Shown one piece after another: positions 61,631-64,000 of a DNA stretch of 64,000 nt (positions are counted from its first letter, which is position 1; every line of letters begins with the position of its first letter). The stretch comes from Raja brachyura. Lineage: Eukaryota. The notes below the pieces were generated by a model, which was not told the DNA's origin, did no database searches, and worked only from the letters and a program-made list of their open reading frames with translations. The stretch covers positions 56,048,001-56,112,000 of the forward strand of contig OY740783.1 of the NCBI GenBank assembly GCA_963514005.1. The letters are read 5' to 3'. Position numbers and translations under genes: made by a program.

Positions 61631-62829
61631 TCAACTTAGCATTGCTGCCCACAAGTCTGTCAGTTCATAGCTGGGGGGCAACAATAACTCTTGCTTTTCT
61701 GCACTGCAAGTAATTCTCTTTATTAAATGCAAGACCGTTGTGCATTGGGGAAGTACTGATGACAGCATTTTTTCCCATGCAGTTGCTGGCAAAACACTTT
61801 GAAACCTGCTGCTTTTTCTTGCAGATTTAGTTGTTGGCAGAGCAAATTTTATTTGAGGCCAAGAAACAATTGTGAGTTTAATAATCCACCATTGGAGCAT
61901 TTTCAAAATGCTGACTGGTCACATCTGGCGAGGTGCGAAGGTTGGCTCATTTGGCACAGTACATTCTGTGTTTATGATAATCTGGAGAAAAAAGTACCAA
62001 CATTTGTTTAATTGACAAGGCATATGAATGTTTTACAAAGCAATGAAACATGAGGCTTGCAGGAATGTCACCTATTCCTTTCCTCCAGAGATGCTGCCTG
62101 ACCTGCTGTTACTCCAGCATTTTGCAGCTTGTTATCTGCCCATTAACCTCAGTGACATTTTATTATGGCCGTCCATCAGCTAGCCCTGACCGGATGGGGG
62201 AAGTGACAAGCCTTCAACAAATGCTCAAATTTAGTTTACTTTTGTTTGGTTTGTCATCACGTGTACCAAAGTACGGTAAAAATGTTTTTGTTCTGTCTGT
62301 ATGGAGACACAACAAAAACCTGTGTACTAACCAGTCAATGGAAAGACTACATGATTACAATCGAGTCATCCATGGTGTACAGATATATGATAAAGGGAAT
62401 AACATTTAGCACAAGATAAAGTCGAATCAAAGATAGTCCAAGGGTCTCATGTGAGGCAGATGGTAGCTCAGAGCCTCAACACCCAATAGAAGTTTGATTA
62501 GTAGGACACATTTAAAAGCTGTCCTGTGATTGTGTTTCTTGTGCAACCTACTCTGGCCCCTGAGGTTTGCTTCGCCAGCTATATTCTTATCTGAAAGAAA
62601 ACACAAAAGGGAAAATTGCAGTAAATGAAGCACTTTTTTCCCCATCACCTTTGTGAATACACTGTTCGATGTTAAATGGGTCTTTGGGGAGGCTCAAAGA
62701 ATTAACAAACGTGAGACTGCGCAAACATTTTTTTTATCACTTATTGTGTGATCAAATGAAGAATTTGCAGTTTTGTCATGTTCGTCCTTTGTGTATTGGA
62801 ATTGTTCGTCCTTTGTGTATTGGAAGTGA

Positions 62830-64000
62830 GTCAGAGGGGGAAAACAGTTGAAAACTGAGGAATTTGGTTTGTAAATTAGGCAATTGAACAGTCAATATAA
62901 GCAAGGCAGCTCTTGGGGAGCGGCCTTGTGAGGGAAGTGCCCTGTGAGTAAAGTGTGAGTCTTTGGCTCGAGAGTCTTCGGAGAGGAGGCTGCGCAAAAC
63001 ACTGGATAGGGAGAGACGGAGGCAAAAGAAGATGTCAAGCAAGCTGATGCAGTGTGATGCTTGCAGTATGTGGGAGGTCAAGGACACTGCTGGTGCCTCT
63101 GGATGCTACAAATGTGAGAAGTGCATCCAGGTACAGCTCCTGAAGGATCGTGTTGGGGAACTGGAGAAACAAGTGGATGACCTCGGGTTCATCCGAGAAA
63201 CTGAGTCGTTCCTCGACAAGTCCTTCAGTAAGATTGTTACACCCAAGGCACTAGAAGAGAAAAGGTGGGTGACGGTGAGAAAGGGAGGAAAACATGGAAT
63301 GCAAAGGTCCCCGGGTGTTGTACCTCTTGTGAACAGGTTCACCCACGTGGAAGCTGCCGGGACAGAAGACGGTATCTCACTGAGCGGCGGACTGGCTTGC
63401 AAAACAAAAAGGGCTGATGAGCCAAAACCAAAGAGGCCAAAGTCGGGCAACGCCATTGTAGTTGGAGACTCCATTGTGAGAGGTACGGACAGGGGTTTTT
63501 GCGGCAACAGACGGGATTCCAGGATGGTGTGCTGCCTTCCTGGTGCCAGGATCCAGGATGTTACGGACAGAGTGCAGACAATCCTCAAGGGCGAAGGTGA
63601 ACAGCCGGAAGTGGTCGTGCATGTTGGCACAAATGATGTTGGAAAGAAGGGGATGAATATTTTGCAGCGGGACTTCAGAGAGCTTGGAAAAATGCTGAAA
63701 AGCAGGACTTCCAGGGTTGTTATCTCCGGTTTGCTTCCAGTTCCTCGTGCTGGCGAGAGCAGGAACAGGGAGATACGGGACCTGAATGTGTGGCTGAGGA
63801 ACTGGTGCAGGGGGCAGGGATTTAGATTCTTAGATCACTGGGATCTGTTTTGGAGTAAGGGGGAACTGTACAAAAGGGACGGATTGCATCTTAACAGGTG
63901 GGGGACCAGCATTCTGGCCGGCAGGTTTGCCACTGCTACACGGATGGTTTTAAACTGAATAATTGGGGTGGGGTGTCAAATGGGATAATCGAGAACGGAG
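62830..64000 (+). mobile_element. 5' end of a CR1-clade LINE (5' UTR plus intact ORF1), running off the window
   Basis: GC shift near 62900, an open ORF1, and homology to the ORF1 remnant at 51152-51480. The left boundary is approximate. Confidence 0.88.
63032..63958 (+). CDS. CR1 ORF1 protein: C4 zinc finger, leucine zipper and SGNH/GDSL esterase domain (308 aa from the first ATG)
   Basis: CDAC-x16-CEKC, heptad-like LLKDRVGELEKQVDDL, and SGNH blocks GDS, PGA, GTND, DGLH, with no stops. Confidence 0.9.
   Translation: MSSKLMQCDACSMWEVKDTAGASGCYKCEKCIQVQLLKDRVGELEKQVDDLGFIRETESFLDKSFSKIVTPKALEEKRWVTVRKGGKHGMQRSPGVVPLVNRFTHVEAAGTEDGISLSGGLACKTKRADEPKPKRPKSGNAIVVGDSIVRGTDRGFCGNRRDSRMVCCLPGARIQDVTDRVQTILKGEGEQPEVVVHVGTNDVGKKGMNILQRDFRELGKMLKSRTSRVVISGLLPVPRAGESRNREIRDLNVWLRNWCRGQGFRFLDHWDLFWSKGELYKRDGLHLNRWGTSILAGRFATATRMVLN

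Noticed and set aside
62963-63031. Upstream extension of CR1 ORF1 shown in the ORF track
   Set aside because: It starts at TTG; the first in-frame ATG is at 63032.

Overview
Eukaryotic, repeat-rich, intron-dominated vertebrate DNA. The repeat content (elasmobranch-type CR1/HER1 LINE tails, HE1-like V-SINEs, Rex1/Babar, Neptune-type Penelope elements) suggests a cartilaginous fish, probably a skate or ray; that is an inference. The window lies inside one + strand gene, proprotein convertase PCSK5 (PC5/6). Four GT-AG coding exons are visible (10724-10828, 35759-35872, 36615-36758, 38689-38765; exons 2-5 by analogy to the mammalian gene). They splice in frame into the prodomain, the RIKR|D autocleavage site and the start of the subtilisin domain with the catalytic Asp. 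Exon 1 and the HGTRC exon were not found. Almost everything else is transposon-derived: a 5'-truncated CR1 with endonuclease and RT (48108-51485, -), a CR1 5' end with an intact zinc-finger/zipper/SGNH-esterase ORF1 (63032-63958), Rex1 copies, GIY-YIG Penelope fragments, SINEs, Harbinger and hAT MITEs, a Helitron-like element and a decayed CGGBP-like hAT transposase. The most notable signal is a dense family (about 15 or more copies) of ~100-150 bp Penelope-terminus units. Their consensus carries a minimal hammerhead-ribozyme core (CTGAAGA-A-GGGTC..GACCC-GAAAC-GTC), and several sit as palindromic pairs centred on that core. Repeat boundaries were read by eye and are approximate; no searches were run.
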